Part shown: positions 61,915 through 64,000 of the stretch, in pieces
Layout of the letters: every line of letters starts with the position of its first letter
How positions within the stretch are numbered: position 1 is the first letter of the stretch
From: Octopus sinensis
Taxonomy: Eukaryota
Direction of reading: 5' to 3'
Assembly (NCBI RefSeq): GCF_006345805.1
Contig: NC_043007.1
Coordinates: forward strand, 62,000,001 to 62,064,000
Length of the DNA: 64,000 nt
Notes under the pieces: generated by a model
Database searches by the model: none
The model's input: only the letters and a program-made list of their open reading frames with translations
What the model was told of the DNA's origin: nothing
Position numbers and translations under genes: made by a program

Positions 61915-63560
61915 ACATCATCATCGTCATTTAACATCCGCTTTCCATGCTGGTATGGGTTGGATGGTTTGACTGAGGACTGGTGAGTCAGAGGCTGCAC
62001 CAGGCTCAATCTGATCTGGCAAAGTTTCTACAGCTGGATGCCCTTCCTAACACAAACCACTCCAAAAGTGTAGTGGGTACTTTTACGTGCCACTGGCACT
62101 AGGGTCAGTCAGGCGGTTCTGGCAATGACCACGCTCAAAAAGTATTTTTTACGTGCTACCTGCACGGGAGCCAGTCTGGCGGCACTGACAACAACCACGC
62201 TCAAATGTTGGTTTTCACATGCCACTGGCACATGTGCTGGTAGGGTGACACTGGCAACGATCATGCTCAAATGGTGCTTTTTACATGCCATCGGTATGGG
62301 AGCCAATCTGTGGCCTTGGCAATGATCACACACAGATGTGCTTTTAATGTTCCACTGGCATGAGTGCCAATCAGGCAGTACTGTCATCAGCCACGTCAGT
62401 GATTTTGATTTGATTTCACTTGCCCCACTAGGTCTTCGCAAGCTAAGTTTATTTCCAATGAATGAGGGGTACTCATAAGTGGGCTGGCCTGGTTACACCC
62501 CACTTTCGGGTGTGCTTTTAACGTTCTACTAGCACAAGTGCCAATCAGGTGGTACTGTCATCAGCCATGTCAGCGATTTTGATTTTGGTTTCACTTGCCT
62601 CAATAAGTCTTCGCAAGCAAAGTTTATTGTCCAATGAATGAGGGGTACTCATAAGTGGGTTGGTTACACCCACTGGCATAGACCATGGGCTATGGTCTCA
62701 CTTGGCTTGTCAGCTCTTCTCAAGCACAGCATATCTCCAAAGGTCTCGGTCACTAGTCATTGCCTCAGTAAGGTCCAATGTTCGAAGGTCATGCTTCACC
62801 ACCTCATCCCAGGTTTTCCTGGGGTCTACCTCTTCCACTGGTTCCCTAAACTACTAGGGTGTGAAACTTTTACACAGCTGTCCTCATTCATTTGCAACAT
62901 ATGACCATACCAGTGCAGTCGTCTCTCTTGCACACCACATCTGATGCTTTTTAAATCAAACTTTTCTCTCAGGGCGCTTACACTCTGTCGTGTATGTACA
63001 CTGACATTACACATCCAGCAGAGCATACTGGCCTCATTCCTTGCAGGCTTACACATTCCTCAGCAGTCATGGCCCATACTCTGAGTGAGAGGCCCTTTGT
63101 CACCAGCAGAGGTAGGAGCTTTCTGAAATTTGCCCAGGCTATTCTTATTCTAGCAGCTACACTGCTGACTTGGTCCTCTAGGTAACGGAAGCTATCAACT
63201 ACTTGTAGTTTTTCTCCCTGGAATGTGATAGAAGCTGTTATCTGCACATTTTCACTGTTTATAGCACCTGAGCATTTTCCACATGCAAAAACTATCTTCC
63301 CAGTTAGCCTTCCTTTGATATTGCTGCACCTCTTATGTGTCCATAGCTTACACTGGGTACATCTTATGGAGTTTCTACCTACGCCTTTTCTACAGATCAA
63401 GCAGGGCCATCTACCTGAAGGGATTTGTAGTTTGTCTGCCTTTCTACTTATTAAGATTTTGGTTTTAGCTAGGTTGACTTTAAGGTCCTTTGACTCTAAT
63501 CCTTGCTTCCACACATGAAACTTTTCCTCTAGTTCTGATAGTGACTCAGCAACAATTTTA
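61915..63560 (-). mobile_element. RTE-type LINE, 5'-truncated, with 3' UTR and (ATG)n tail
   Basis: VNLAKTKILIS, GRWPCLICRKGVGRNSIRCTQCKLWTHKRCS, RIRIAWANFRKLLPLL; ~800 bp UTR ending in CAT repeats on plus. Confidence 0.88.
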
Positions 63561-64000
63561 GAATTAGCTAATTTACATTATCCTTGATGTGCTAACATAA
63601 CGTTTAGCAAAACAAGAAGCGTATTGTTAGAGAGAATGAATTCAAATCAGAATAAATGTTTACCATCTTCAGATGCTATAAAATCACTTGTGCATGCGTC
63701 TTTCTGTGGGTATCTACTAAGCACTAGACTGAGGCAGTTACAAAAAGAGAATGCAAGATAAAGAAATAGTATGAGAGAAAGAAAATGAAAGAAACTTCTG
63801 TCAAGAGAAGGGAAGAGGAGGCCAGTTAGAATTTTATCATTATGCCATCAGACTTTACGTTTTTATCCATCTGACAAACTGAGCTGGTCAAAAGGACAGA
63901 TATCTAAACATTTGTAAACAATGTCTAAACATGAGCAAACCCACCTGGGTGGAGGGGGTTGGCATTGTGGACTTTCAATGTGAAGTAAGTGGAGAAACAT

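Overview
Eukaryotic, repeat-rich animal DNA. The SINE and LINE families and microsatellite density suggest Octopus (inference). Host gene: the last 11 coding exons of an ABCD4 orthologue (lysosomal cobalamin ABC transporter) on the minus strand, 61644 to 23409, spliced by hand into one open frame; its 5' exons lie beyond the window. Mobile elements: a decayed Penelope-like element with an inverted 5' end, a young full-length Ty3/gypsy LTR retrotransposon (9201-13432), a mariner, a maT-like element, a Buster hAT nested in a Tigger, a MULE remnant, Helitron-type and hAT MITEs, RTE LINE pieces and tRNA-derived SINEs. Main unusual signals: (1) the LTR element has no TGG-type primer-binding site; the 12 nt abutting its 5' LTR are complementary to the 5' end (nt 1-12) of metazoan tRNA-Phe as I recall it, suggesting priming by a 5' tRNA fragment; (2) three type-I hammerhead ribozyme motifs, one in the sense orientation inside an ABCD4 intron; (3) an intact -1 frameshift cassette at the gag-pol junction. 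All alignments and counts were done by eye.
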